In this document: piece after piece, positions 1-12,775 of the stretch | How the letters are laid out: the number at the start of each line of letters is the position of its first letter | Position numbering within the stretch: the stretch's first letter is position 1 | Origin: Mizuhopecten yessoensis | Taxonomy: Eukaryota | DNA length: 64,000 bases | Reading direction: 5' to 3' | NCBI RefSeq assembly: GCF_002113885.1 | Contig: NW_018405566.1 | Span: 1,348 to 65,347 of the forward strand | Notes under the pieces: model-generated | Database searches by the model: none | What the model was told of the DNA's origin: nothing | What the model saw: the letters and a program-made list of their open reading frames with translations, nothing else | Position numbers and translations under genes: made by a program

Positions 1-258
1 TCTGTAGATCAGATCCCTGGCGAGGAAAACTACGATCCACGTACATGTACAAAATGGCTATGTTTACCTATACACGTATATTGGACCATGTCCATACTGT
101 ACGTGTTATCATTTTACATGAGTCGATTTGGGTCGTTTACAAACAACGATAACACAAGCGACAACATAGATAGAAAAATCAGCCTAGAGTATAGCATCGT
201 ACCTAAAGTTTATATGAGCACGAGTTCGTATATATTGTTTAGCCATTCCCCAATTTAA

Positions 259-379
259 ACCAACCACGATTGTGATCGCACAACAATCGTCCATCGTCCG
301 CAACAATGTGCGCAAGCAATTATCGTCCATATTTTGATCGTTCGCGCATCATGTAAAGTTGTGCGATCCCACAACTGTA
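259..379. mobile_element. One end (palindromic ~120-bp TIR) of a Tc1/mariner-type MITE family
   Basis: Reverse complement matches 19248-19386; ends ...gtgcgatcccacaactg|TA. Confidence 0.55.
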
Positions 380-1396
380 GGTAACTGTCATGGCAACAGC
401 TTTAGTAAATACAGTTACACAATACAGGTGTGCTCTTTCGGATGTTTGTTTGGCTTGACTCAATACATAACCAATCACAATTACAACATAACCCGAAATC
501 AATACTTTTCACCATGTGCGCCTTCTAGTTTCTGTATATATGACAGCAGTGCTTCCTTATCCGGTCTCCGTACGTACAGTGAAAGGCTGACGAAACTATT
601 GCTACTGAGGGGTATAGAAGTAACAGGGAAAATAAATGTTTAAATGGCGTATCCTATAACATAGTCTTGTCTGGTTTCAAGGATCTGATCTTATTTTTTG
701 TCTTTTCGGGTGCTATTGGTTTTGTCTCATGGATCAGCCAATATTATTTCATTATTTTTTCTCTTTTTACATTGCATGAAAGAGGATCAATCAATCAATC
801 AAAATCTTGTTGAATTAAATTGTATAAAGCTATGTATGATTTCTATTATTATATTCGTAACGGCCCATCAACACATAAGAGGTCATAAAGGCCTATTAAA
901 GTAAACGACGCATGTTAAATGAAAAACATCAAACGAACGAAATAGTAAAAGACAAACGTCAACTACTTGAATACCTTGTAACATTTGCTATGATTTAGTT
1001 TTATCTTTTTGAACAGACCGACAGTTTTTAGATAGTTTAGAATTGCAGAGATATTGACTTTTTTGAAAAGTGATTTGAGATCTGTTCCATTATCATTTAG
1101 AAATTATCTTAGCTTTAGGTTGGGGTGGAGGTGGGGTGGGGNNNNGGGGGTGGGGGTGGTGTTGGGGGTAGCAGCACCAGGCAGCACGCAGTATAGATAC
1201 AACTCAATCCTAAAACACAGTCACTTTTACCCAATTAAAAATGCCTGTGTTAAACATTGCGCGATACGCTATTTGTGGAACAACTGTAGATCAGAAATAA
1301 GCTGATTCCAGCATCCAATAATTAGGCGCTGTGTATTACAGTCAAAGTATGTAGGGGAGATAGAAATATTTCAAATCATACTAAATACAGGTACAG

Positions 1397-1523
1397 TTAC
1401 CACGATGCGCACGCATCACGGCATGAGAATAAAACAGTCGTCCATGCTTGAAGTTGTTTGTGTTCCCCATCCAGCCGGTATTTTAGATGATAACATCTAA
1501 AGATATAGTGCGGACATGAAACA
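1397..1523 (+). repeat. 5' LTR (missing the first ~50 bp present in the 3' LTR)
   Basis: Aligns to 6189-6316 with ~6 substitutions + 1 indel; ends ...gaaaCA. Confidence 0.9.
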
Positions 1524-1537
1524 TGGAGTCAGAAGTG
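1524..1537 (+). promoter_or_regulatory. Primer-binding site, tRNA-Leu type
   Basis: tggagtcagaagtg directly after the LTR; 13/14 match to TGGTGTCAGAAGTG, complementary to the tRNA-Leu 3' end. Confidence 0.85.
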
Positions 1538-1743
1538 CCAGTCAGTAAATACTGTCGTTTTTTTACTACGTCTGTAAGTAATGTCAATGAGTAGTGACGG
1601 TCTGAACATTTTGTGTGAAACATGCAACAGACGCTCAGGACCACGTGCTCGACGAGAACCCGCACTCTGAATTATCTGAATCAGATATTAAAAACAAGGG
1701 AGAGAGGCTTAATACTGTAAGTATAAATACAAATACTACAAGT

Positions 1744-2510
1744 ATGGCTCTAGGACGGCTCCCTCCTCTGAGCAAACTGATCTTTAGCACCAAAACGGGG
1801 GCTAATCTTGCGGAAGATTGGAGGAAATGGAAGGAGGAATTTCTGCTGTTTAGCGTGTTGGCGCTAAAAGGAGAAGAGCAGATAGGAAAACTGAAAATGA
1901 TGAAGTATCTGATTGGGCCTGAAGATATATAATACTCAGAGATGGGAAGGGGACGAAACCACACGAATTGTTCAAAATGCATTGGATGTTTGGCAGGTAT
2001 TGTGAGCCAAAGAAAAACGAGACTGTGTAACGGTTTAAGTTCAACATCACAGTACTAGGGGAGAAAACTATGGAAAAATTCATCACGGATGTAAAGACTC
2101 TCTCCAGGACATGTAGCTTTGGTGAATCATCGGACTCTTTAGTCAGAGATAAGATAGTTTTTGGTATTAAAGACACACATCTTCGAGAACGATTACTAAG
2201 GACAGCAAATCTCACACTAGATAATGTTGAGGAAATGTGCCGAATAAGCGAAACAACAAAACAAAGTGTAAGTACATTAGACCAGGCTGCAACCATGTCA
2301 ACAGTACACAGGATTAAAGAAAAGGTCAACATGGCCTGCAAAAACAACTTATAAACCAAACAATGGAGCAATAATTCAGGGCAGGAAAAGAAATGCAAGT
2401 TCTGTGATTTGATACATGAACACAAATAGGAAAAGTGTCCGGCATACGGTCAGCAATGCAGAAAATGTAAGGGAATGAACCACTTTGAAGTGAAGTGTAA
2501 AGAGAGAGAA
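1744..2510 (+). pseudogene. gag: Gypsy gag, disrupted
   Basis: MALGRLPP..EDWRKWKEEF start; RDKIVFGIKD..LRERLL; two Zn knuckles (CKFCDLIH..C, CRKCKGMNHFEVKC); frameshifts and stops. Confidence 0.85.
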
Positions 2511-2634
2511 ACCTTATAAACAGCCATGGAGAAGAAACACACAAAAGGTGCACAATGTGGAAGAACAGTCGGACTGTAATTAAGATTAACAGAACTCAGA
2601 ATTTATTGTACATACAGTTAACACTAACAATCTG

Positions 2635-5600
2635 ATGGCAAGGTTACATATAGGTAACCAACAGGTACAATTTCAGTTAGACAGTGGTGCACAGTGCAAT
2701 ATCATTCCTGAAAATGTAGTACCACACAAAACAGAAGTAACCCCAACAAAAACCACTCTAAAGATGTTTAACAAAACAACAGTTATTCCCAAAGGAAAAT
2801 GTATTCTCAAGGTTGTCAATCCAAAAAATGGCACTAAATTCAACCTAGATTTCTTCGTAGTGAAAGGAAACTACACACCACTATTAGGAAGCAGGAGTAT
2901 GGTAGACATGGACCTGATTCAAGTTCGTCATGAGAACATTTTGGCAGTGGGCCAAACAGAAAGTGTCATGTCAAGTGCCTTAATTATTAAGGACATCACG
3001 ACAAGGTATGCTGACATTTTTGAAGGAAATGGCTGCTTAGAGGGACAGTATCACCTCATTACTGATGAAACGGTACCGCCTGTGATACATCCTCCTAGAA
3101 AGGTGCCTATTGCACTTTTTGATAGACTGAAAACTGAGCTGGAGAGATTAAAAGATTGAGGTGTGTTGACGCCTGTAACTGAACCTACACCATGGATGTC
3201 GAGCATGGTTGTAGTTGTTAAACCCAACAAGCTCAGGATTTGTATTGATCCAAAGGATATGAATAAAGCTCTGAAACGTAGTCACTACCCTCTACCGACA
3301 AAGGAGGAAATACTGCCAAAGCTCCACAATGCTAAAGTCTTTAGTGTTCTTGATGCCCGTAATGGTTTCTGGCATGTTGAGCTTGATCGAGAAAGCTCAC
3401 TACTAACAAATTTTAATACACCATTTGGCCGATATAGATGGCTAAGAATGCCATTTGGTTTGTCCACAGCTCCTGAGGAATTTCAACGGAGGCAGGACCA
3501 GGCTGTTGAAGGCTTAGCAGGGGTTCACATTATAGTTGACGATATACTTGTTTATGGTGAAGGCGATACAAAGGAGGAAGCAACCAAGAATCATGATAAG
3601 AAGTTGCTTGCCTTACTGGACCGATGTCTTGAAAGAGGTCTAAAACTGAACAAGGATAAGCTACGTCTAAGGCAGAAGGAGTTGTAATTTGTGGGATATC
3701 TGCTGAGGGTCTGAAACCCGATCCAGAAAAAGTACGGGCAGTGCTAGAAATGCCGAATCCAACTGACGTCACTGGAATACGACGTTTTCTAGGGTTTGTG
3801 AATTATCTAGGCAAATTCCTTCCAGGATTGAGTGACAGATGTGAACCGCTACGCAAATTGACAGTACAAAATGTGGAATGGTGTTGGTTGAAAACCCACA
3901 GTAAGGCTGTGAAAGAAATCAAACGATTGCTCACGTCGTCACCCTTACTGAAATACTATGACCAAAAAATTGAACTGACACTACAATGTGATGCCTCTGA
4001 AAAAAATTTAGGAGCCGCCATAATGCAGATGGGTCAACCTGTGGCGTATGCAAGTCGTGCACTGACAGATGTGGAAACGCGTTACGCACAAATTGAAGAA
4101 CTACTAGCAGTGGTTTTCGGCATGGAAACATTCCATCAGTTTACATATGGGAGACCGGTAACTGTACAGAGTGACTACAAGCCATTATAGATGATCCTGA
4201 AGAAATCTACAAAATGCAACAAAACGCTTACAGCGATTTCTACTAAGGCTGCAGAAGCACAACTTTGTACTCGCGTATAAGAAAGGTGAAACTATGTATA
4301 TGGCTGACATTCTGAGCAGGGCATATCTTGATGTCGGGGACAAAACAGCTCAGATGGATGATACAAATACTGTAAATATGGCACAGTTCTTGCCAATCTC
4401 GGAACCACGACTACACGAGATACAGAAGCAAACTTACACGAATAAGTCGTTACAAACTCTCATGGAAGTCATATTGGAAGGTTGGCCCGGGTCCAAGTCA
4501 AAGACACCTGCTCTCGCGCAACCATACTTCCATGTTCGCGATGAACTTGCAGTCCAGGATGGAATTATCTTTCGTGGGGAACGCGCTGTGATTCCTAGGA
4601 CACTAAGAGTAGATATTATGCAGAAAATTCATTCTTCGCATGTTGGAGTCGACGGTTGCCTGCGGAGGGCACGTGAAACAGTTTATTGGCCAAGGATGAA
4701 CTTTGAGGTACGCGACTATATAGAGCAGTGTAGTGTGTGTCGTTCATTTGACACAAAACAACAGAAAGATATTTTAATCTCACATTATGTACCAGATAGG
4801 CCTTGGGCTAAACTCGGGTCAGATCTGTTCTATTTTGACCAGAAGAACTACCTAATTACAGTTGATAATTTCTCAAATTATTGGGAAATAGACTACCTAC
4901 AGGACACCATATCGAAGACGGTAATCCGAGCCTTGCGTAGTCAGTTAGCGCGTCATGGAATACCTGATATTCAGTGTAGTGATAATGGTCCTCAGTTTAG
5001 CTCTGATGAATTCCGGCGTTTCAGCAAAGAATGGGAATTCGATCATGTTACCTCGTCGCCAGGTTACGCTCAAAGCAATGGAAAATCTGAACAAGCAGTC
5101 AAAACTGCGAAGAGGTTAATGAAGTTGGTTAAACCTTCACACAAAGACCCATTTCTGGCACTCCTTGATTTCAGAAACACTCCGTCACAGGGTATGGACA
5201 GTAGCCCTGTACAGCGTCTCATGAATAGGCGCACAAAAACGCTGATGAAGACGAAAGCAAGTCTTTTGAAACCACAAGTTCAGATGTCGTCAAATGCAAA
5301 GAAACAGTTGAAGGGTGTTAAGAAACGACACGCTTTCTACTACAATCAATCTGCGAAAAACCTGAAACCTCTAGGTAATGGAGAAGTTGTACGAATAGCT
5401 CCTCATGAGAGTATGTTAAACAACCAGAAAACCTGGAAACGTGGTGTTGTAAATGAACAAATTAACAAGAGGTCATATGACGTCACCACTGAGGATGGAA
5501 GGACGTATCGGCGAAACCGGCTTCATCTGAGACTGTCAAAGGAAACTTTCACACCGGAAGTTCAGGATTTTGGACCGAATGTGGAAATGGAGAAGGAACC

Positions 5601-5739
5601 ACATGTGGCCCAGGAACCACATGTCGAGACCAGTTTGGTACCACCACCTGAAGCACCATCCAACATGTCAATCAGGACCAGGTCAGGCAGACAGGTAGCT
5701 CTTCCTTCGAAATTTAAAGATTTCGATCTGTCCAAGTGA
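2635..5739 (+). pseudogene. pol: Gypsy pol (protease, RT, RNase H, integrase), disrupted
   Basis: LDSGAQC protease; RICIDP, MPFGL, IVDDIL RT; CDASE RNase H; HHCC, DNGPQF, SNGKSE integrase; split over four ORFs. Confidence 0.95.
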
Positions 5740-6124
5740 TGATTTCATTAATAACAGTGTTTACGTAAAAGTGTTTAATTTGCGAAACAAACAGTTCAAA
5801 TTTAACTTTTAATATTGTGTTATATGAACGTGTTTGAAAAGACAGACAATAAGTTACAGTACATAGTTTGTATGGTGCAGCTCGGTAGTACAAGTATTAT
5901 ATCTTTTCAGTGTTATTAGTGCTTATTACAGTGGAACAGTTCTAATTATCATTAATGACAATATTGTTTTGTGCACTAGAAACTTTAGGACAAATTCTAT
6001 ATGAACTTTATCGAAAAATATTCTTCTAGAATTTAAAACTCATAATTTCCTACCTATTTGTCCTATGAAATTTTAGACATTTCAGTTTTTAAATTAATTT
6101 GTCATTCAATTCAGTCTTAATTTT

Positions 6125-6138
6125 AAAAGGAGGAAAGA
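6125..6138 (+). promoter_or_regulatory. Polypurine tract
   Basis: aaaaggaggaaaga immediately before the TG of the 3' LTR. Confidence 0.85.
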
Positions 6139-6316
6139 TGTAATACATCTTATATTTCGTTCCGCTACAAATGTTTAGTCTGTAATATTTACCACGATGC
6201 GCACGCATCACGGGATGAGAATAAAAACAGTCGTCCATGATTGAAGTTGTTTGTGTTCCCCATCCAGCCGGTAGTTTAGATGATTACATCTACAGATCTA
6301 GTGCGGACATGAAACA
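6139..6316 (+). repeat. 3' LTR (178 bp, TG...CA)
   Basis: Starts TGTAAT after the PPT, ends AAACA; matches the 5' LTR. Confidence 0.9.
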
Positions 6317-7375
6317 ATCTATGCTGATTCAGGAGGGGCCTGCTCTGTTTAGTAATTAGTATACTTAATGATATCTCCAACGATCCGTGTAAATTCAAAG
6401 TGTGCTTACATGAATAGCCATATATAGAATTTCTTGTATGTTTGTTTTCTATTAATCGTCCTCGTCAGAACTGACGGTATGCGAAGATAGAAGTCACCAT
6501 AGAGAGATGGAAAAGTTGAATGAAAAACCTTCCTTTCGATTCTGTTCGATGCCGGCATAAACCAAAGTTTTATTAATAATGCTCAACATTTAGAGTGAGT
6601 TCAACGTCTGATTTATCCGTTGTCAGTATGTAACTGATGGAGGAATAAACCGGGTACTTTCGGCATTAAATTGCAGTGTATTTTGAAGACGTATACATTA
6701 CAAAGAACAACCCTGTTTTGGACACGACCTTAATTGATCTATTGTATTATGTCAGTGTCCTAATGACAACTGGGCTCATTTTGTGACTTGCCTCCCTGTG
6801 TACAATTAGTGCGTGAGGGAAGCAGTATGATGATGTTTTTACCTCCTTCCATAGCACTAATCTGATGCACTGTTAGAGGTACTTAGCACAATATTCCAAC
6901 CGGTCAAATTATACTGACAAGTGGCATGGAAGGTGTAGAACCTTAGGAAGGCAGTTTGTTCTTTTCCCTGGTTTTGTTTGTATGGGATGTAAGGAAGACA
7001 CGGTAAAAAGAAATTTAAGAGACATGACAAATTATCATTATTGCAATCAGTGAAGCAAATATATATTGTGTATATGTATTTGGCGTTAAACGTCGTCGTA
7101 AGAGCCCGGACTGATGAAGACGGTTGCCAATGGAGACACTGCCGGAATGAAAGAGTAGTGCAGTGGAAGTGAGAAAAAGATATATAAATCTCCGATGTTT
7201 CGATTAGGGTTGTATATCAATTATGGTTGCACATGTATTTCTTAGCAAAAAATCATAAAAAAAAGTTCTTCAGAGCTGTTCCCGAATCTTCAGAGGGACA
7301 GGAGGTATATAAATAATAAAAACCAAACCAAACCATATCGCCAGCCCACACACGCCTATATTATGAAACCATCAT

Positions 7376-7686
7376 TTTGGTTTGGTTTATAATTGTTTAA
7401 CGTCCTATCAACAGCTATGGTTATTTAAGGACGGCTTCCATTGTGTGCAAGATGTATGCGTGTAGTGTAAGCGTGCGTGTGTTGGGAGGTTGCGATATGT
7501 TCGTGTTTGACTCCTTGTGATGGCGACTTTATATTACTACCTCACTGAAACATACTGCAGAAAACACACAGCAGGTCACCTCAAACGGTCCCACTCCTTA
7601 AATGCTGATCGTTAAGCATGAATAGAAACTACCGTTATTACAAACTCTGGTATGTCTCAGCCAGGGAACAGAACCCAAAGCCTTCC
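7376..7686 (-). mobile_element. tRNA-derived SINE (Meta-domain family), partial
   Basis: Homologous to 24996-25287 and 48628-49068; (AAACC)n tail and LINE-like 3' end on the minus strand. Confidence 0.75.
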
Positions 7687-8413
7687 ACATCATTGTATGA
7701 CTTGTACCAGAGTAGCGCCATTAGTTGTAGGCGCCTTTGATCATGTCAAGGACTCCAGGTGAATTGTGCTCCCCAATACAACAGACTGTTCGGTAAGAGG
7801 GTATGGGAGAGAAATAATCAATTACTCCTCTCTGATGCAAGAAAAAATCTCAATCCTCGTGAATTTTTTTTGTGGAAGTTTGGTAGGACGATTTGAAAAC
7901 TCGGCAAAGTCTCAGGAGAAACTTATGAAAATGGCATCTGTTTATGATGTCTCCATCCATTCAGGAAAGGTTCCGATAAACTCAAATTGAAAACGAGTTT
8001 ACCTTTCGGCGACAAACCATGTGATCAAGAACACTGCAAAACATACTTCAAATACAGATTTCATTCTTACGTTTTCGTCAATATTAAATTATGTAAGTCT
8101 ATAAGTCCTGTGGGATAAAGGCGATTTCGATGCAGCAGCGGGAATTAACTATGTATGGGGCATGATAAGTCCAATATAATGATGTAATGATCGACACATG
8201 TCACCAGGATTTGCTCGTGGTAAGCTGGATTTACTAAACAGACGAGTTTTGAATAACAAATTCTGAAAGACAACGTGATGATTTATATTGATTTATTGAA
8301 ATGCTGCTGTGTTATTTGAATAACTTTGTTAGGTAATCATGACGTTTGATGTATGATAATGGAAAGCAACATAAAAAGTCGTAATCCTCTAAGGTTGTTG
8401 ACACGAAGATGTT

Positions 8414-8761
8414 AAATAATAATAATAACTCGAGGTTCTTATATACCGCTCTATCACAACCTATTTGGTAGGTCGTCTCAAAGCGGATCACAAATTATTA
8501 TCCGTGGTCATAGGGCCTTTGCAACCAGCTAATATCTTTCTCAACTCCCTCGGGAGCATACAGCCGGTGCTGCCATTTCGGCACTCACAGCTAGCATTCT
8601 ACAATTCTAGCACTACCCAACCACGTACTCATTTACAGTTGAGTAGACTGGAACAAGCGTGGTAAAGTATCCTGCTCAAAGATACAACACAGTGCCGTGA
8701 CTCGAACCCGCAACCGTTCGGTCACGAGCCCGGCGTCCTAACCACTAGCATATCGTGCCTC
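8414..8761 (-). mobile_element. Apparently full-length tRNA-derived SINE (Deu/Nin-domain-like, L2/CR1-type tail)
   Basis: Minus strand: tRNA head (tagtggttagg A box, ggttcgagtc B box), central ccagtctactcaactgtaaatgagtac and ctgtatgctcccgagggagt blocks, tail gctttgag..gcggtatataag + (TTA)n. Confidence 0.75.
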
Positions 8762-9251
8762 ACATTTTAACTGAAGACATTCTAGACAACATGTCTTAAG
8801 CACTTTCATCTCCTGAAGGATATTATTTAAACTCTGCTTTTATTTTATTCTATTACAATATTTATCACATGAGTTCTAGGTTACTTGATGAATACAATGA
8901 TATCACATATTTAGGTATGAAGTCGTTTAATTCTTCCTGTTTGGACGTCATGATGGAATGAAGTTACAAACATTCAGATCATATGATAAAATATTTACAT
9001 TTACATGGCATTGTCACTATATAGTCTCTTTGAAAGCTGTGTCGTTGATGGTTCTTTAAATACCATGCACCACGAGATATAATTCTTAGCGTATTAATAC
9101 AACACCGACCGGAACTACAATATCCAATGTAAACAAATATGACGGCTGCTGAAATATCGTTGTGAGACTTGACAATGTAATTGTAAATGTTTAAAATGAG
9201 TGTTAAAATTGTTACCAAAGGATGCTCCAGACTAAATAAGGATAATATCTN

Positions 9252-10620
9252 TGTTTCCCCTATTGGGCCTCGCCCCTCAGACCCCTGGGAGGCCAGACCC
9301 ACGGTTTATATAAAATTGGTTCCCTTTCACCCAAGGATGTTTCCGAACAAAATATGGAACAAATCCTTTCATTCCTGCAGAATAAGAAGGTTTTTAAAGA
9401 AGAATTTGCTATATGTTTCCCCTATTGGGCCTCGCCCCTCAGACCCCTGGGAGGCCAGACCCACGGTTTATATAAAATTGGTTCCCTTTCACCCAAGGAT
9501 GTTTCCGAACAAAATATGGAACAAATCCTTTCATTCCTGCAGAATAAGAAGGTTTTTAAAGAAGAATTTGCTATATGTTTCCCCTATTGGGCCTCGCCCC
9601 TCAGACCCCTGGGAGGCCAGACCCACGGTTTATATAAAATTGGTTCCCTTTCACCCAAGGATGTTTCCGAACAAAATATGGAACAAATCCTTTCATTCCT
9701 GCAGAATAAGAAGGTTTTTAAAGAAGAATTTGCTATATGTTTCCCCTATTGGGCCCCGCCCCTCAGACCCCTGGGAGGCCAGACCCACGGTTTATATAAA
9801 ATTGGTTCCCTTTCACCCAAGGATGCTTCCGAACAAAATATGGAACAAATCCTTTCATTCCTGCAGAATAAGAAGGTTTTTAAAGAAGAATTTGCTAAAT
9901 GTTTCCCCTATTGGGCCCCGCCCCTCAGACCCCTCTGAGGCCAGATCCACGGTTTATATAAAATTGGTTCCCTTTCACCCAAGGATGCTTCCGACCAAAA
10001 TATGGAACAAATCCTTTCATTCCTACAGAAGAAGAAGGATTTTAAAGAATTGGCTTAATTTCCCTTATTGGGCCTTACCACCAGCCCCCAGATCCACCGT
10101 TTATACAAAATTGATTTCCCTTTATCCAAGGATGCTCCAAACCAAATATGGACTAAATTCTTTCATTCCTACAGAAGAATAAGGATTTTAATGAATAATT
10201 TGCTCGGTTTTTCCCTTATTGGGCCCCGCCCCTCAGGCCCCTGGGGGCCAGACCCACGGTTCATACAAAATTGGTTCCTTTCACCCAAGGATGCCTCAGA
10301 CCAAATATGGAACATACAGATGTGTCCTTTCATTCCTACGGAAAAAGAAGGATTTAAAAAAAAATGTTATATTACCCCTATTGGGCCCCGCCCCTCAGCC
10401 GCCAGGGGTCCAGACCCACCATTTATACAAAATTGGTTCCCCTTTACCCAGGGATGCTTCAGACCAAATATGGACCAAATCCGTTCATTCCAACAGAATA
10501 AGAACGACTTTAAAAAAGTTGCTATGTTTCCATTATTGGGCCTTGCCCCTCAGCTCCCAGGGGGGCCAGACCCATCATTTATACAAAATTGGTTCCCCTT
10601 TACCCAGGGATGCTTCAGAC
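9252..10620. repeat. 162-bp tandem satellite (~8.5 units), central array of a Helentron/HINE-type element
   Basis: Period 162 (9253, 9415, 9577, 9739, 9901); followed by gacggacagacgacggacg microsatellite and ataagctcacc end motif at 10679-10720. Confidence 0.9.
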
Positions 10621-10726
10621 AAAATTTGATCAAAATCTGCTGAGTTATCATGACTAGTAGTGTTTTAAAGGAAAGGTTGACGGACAGACGACGGACGCTG
10701 CGGTATGGCATAAGCTCACCAGCAAG

Positions 10727-10745
10727 AGGGTTAGGGTTAGGGTTA
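10727..10745 (+). repeat. Short interstitial telomeric repeat, ~3 x TTAGGG
   Basis: agggttagggttagggtta. Confidence 0.6.
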
Positions 10746-11099
10746 TAATACAAACAAACATTCATGATGAAAATAGTAATGCACACTCTACAAGTATAAT
10801 ATGTTTTTCGTGTACGATGTGGTTCCATCATTTATGGTGAGGATAATAATGTACCGTTTACGGAGAGCCATGTCAACATGTACTCAAATTATTACCATTC
10901 TTTACTTTAGTCAAAGTGACATTTTATAGAATTATTAGAATGATTTTACAACAGATTCAACATATTCAGGTAAGTAATACATAATCGCATTGTCCCTTTC
11001 ATTTTTAAAGAAGTTGGATTGGTACAGAACAACACTCGTATTAAGGTTTGTCACCCTTCTAGTTTGTAATATTCGTTCTGATTGAGCCAGAACAATAGA

Positions 11100-11580
11100 A
11101 AAGAGAGCCAAACCAGATGCAAAGGCTGGGTCACAGTACCCTACATGAAAGGGATACCTCATGCGTTTGCCCGGGTGACGAGGAAAGACCATTTCAGCAT
11201 ATCGATAAGACCACTGACAACCCTCAGACAGTTACTGGTGCACCCCAAAGACAAGACTGATATTTTAGACAAAACAGGAGTTCTATATCAAATTCCGTGC
11301 AGAAATTGTCAGCAGTCATATATAGGAGAAACTGGGAGGAAATTTGGTACACATCAGAAAGAACATCAAAAGGACGTAGAGAAAATGAGCAACATAACTT
11401 TAACCAGATCCACATGCAAAACATCCGCCATCCAGTAAAATAAATCGGCTTAAACAGATCACGCTACCACCCAAAATCACATCGTCGATTGGGGCAATAC
11501 TAAAATAGTTGAAAGGGAACAACACACCATAACGAGACAAATCAAAGAAGCAATAAAAATCAGGAGACGAGGGTGAAACA
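11100..11580 (+). mobile_element. Penelope-like element fragment (GIY-YIG endonuclease)
   Basis: VPYMKG..LVHPKDK..GVLYQIPCRNCQQSYIGETGRKF..KEH, then HIVDW..RQIKEAIKI after a stop. Confidence 0.9.
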
Positions 11581-12576
11581 AGCTGAGTCATATGTATGGC
11601 CCGATACTGACAGAACAGGGAGGGGGCAAGATCCACATCATACCTGTAACATTTTTTGATGCGGTATGCATGCGTTCCCTATCGGTAGGCAAAACGTCCC
11701 CGGTCGAGTGACATAAAAAATATACAATTTCGTCACACCGTTGTACAGGTAAAAATACAAATCGCTGAGTCATAGCTTGACAAAGGGACCAGTCGGTCTT
11801 GATACGTTGCGACACGTTTAATAAGTGCATTGTTGTGTAACTTTCTGATAAGATATTTTGCTGGGGTCTATATTTCTAAAGAGCCCGCTCTGCCGGGGTC
11901 TATAAAAGCACGTGCGAGGGGAGATAACTCAAACTAGAATATCTTCATAACAACAAAGATGGCGTCCGACACACAAAAGCGATCGATAATTGCCAGCAAT
12001 TCACATGATGAAATAGCGCACAAGTAATCAAAAACGACAGCAAATTCAACGAAACAGACAATGAGGGGGCTGCTATGGTGCTTATTCCAAAGATGGTTGT
12101 GTATTGTCTGAAATATTGCCGAAAACGTGTCCTCCGGTAGGGGCTATTTTGGTAGCAGTTAAGTATAACTCAAATTCACAAAGTGACTTAAAATTTTGCA
12201 GGAAAAAAAATATATATATATATATTGTGTGGATGACAAATTCGTTATTTCTGGGCTAGGAGGGGTCTACTGGCTCGTTATAGACCAGAGTAGGTATATG
12301 AGCTCGTAGGCCCCTACTTACTCAGTGATAACTAACATAATTCATATTGCTTTTTCTGCACCATAAGTACATATCTATCAGTATAATGAAACTGGGCTGA
12401 ATACCGTATTTCAATAAGGTATATATATTGTAACAGTCTAGTATCAGATCCGCACTTTAAAACACCAACATAACTTGCATTCAGCAAATATTCATATGTG
12501 CATACATAAACACGTGGAACGGGCATTGGTGTTATTATTATGTTAAACAAATAAAACCAAAACAAATGCACAAATG

Positions 12577-12775
12577 AGTAGAAACTACCATTGTTACAGA
12601 CTTTGGTATGTATCGGCCAGGGGACAGAACCCAAAGCCTTCCTCACAGGGATGAACGCTCAACTAAAGGCCAAAAATGAGGCATTGTCAAGGGAGACATT
12701 AGGAAGGAAGTTGTTTAGAAAGAAGAGAAAAGATAAGATCCCAAAATACAATTCTTACGCCCTACCTGCAGGGAC
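12577..12775 (-). mobile_element. 5' fragment (tRNA head + leader) of the Meta-type SINE
   Basis: Clearly homologous to 48870-49040. Confidence 0.7.

Larger units (their letters stand above)
1397..6316 (+). mobile_element. Decayed Ty3/Gypsy (Mag-like) LTR retrotransposon
   Basis: Paired LTRs, PBS, PPT, gag-PR-RT-RH-IN domain order, multiple stops and frameshifts. Confidence 0.95.

Noticed and set aside
359-643. 94-aa ORF as a gene or Penelope RT remnant
   Set aside because: Only a vague resemblance (ERLTKLLLLRG); no diagnostic motif.
9187-10182. 331-aa and 194-aa ORFs with 54-aa repeats
   Set aside because: By-product of a 162-bp (divisible by 3) satellite; open in two frames, spans an N, no domain or splice support.
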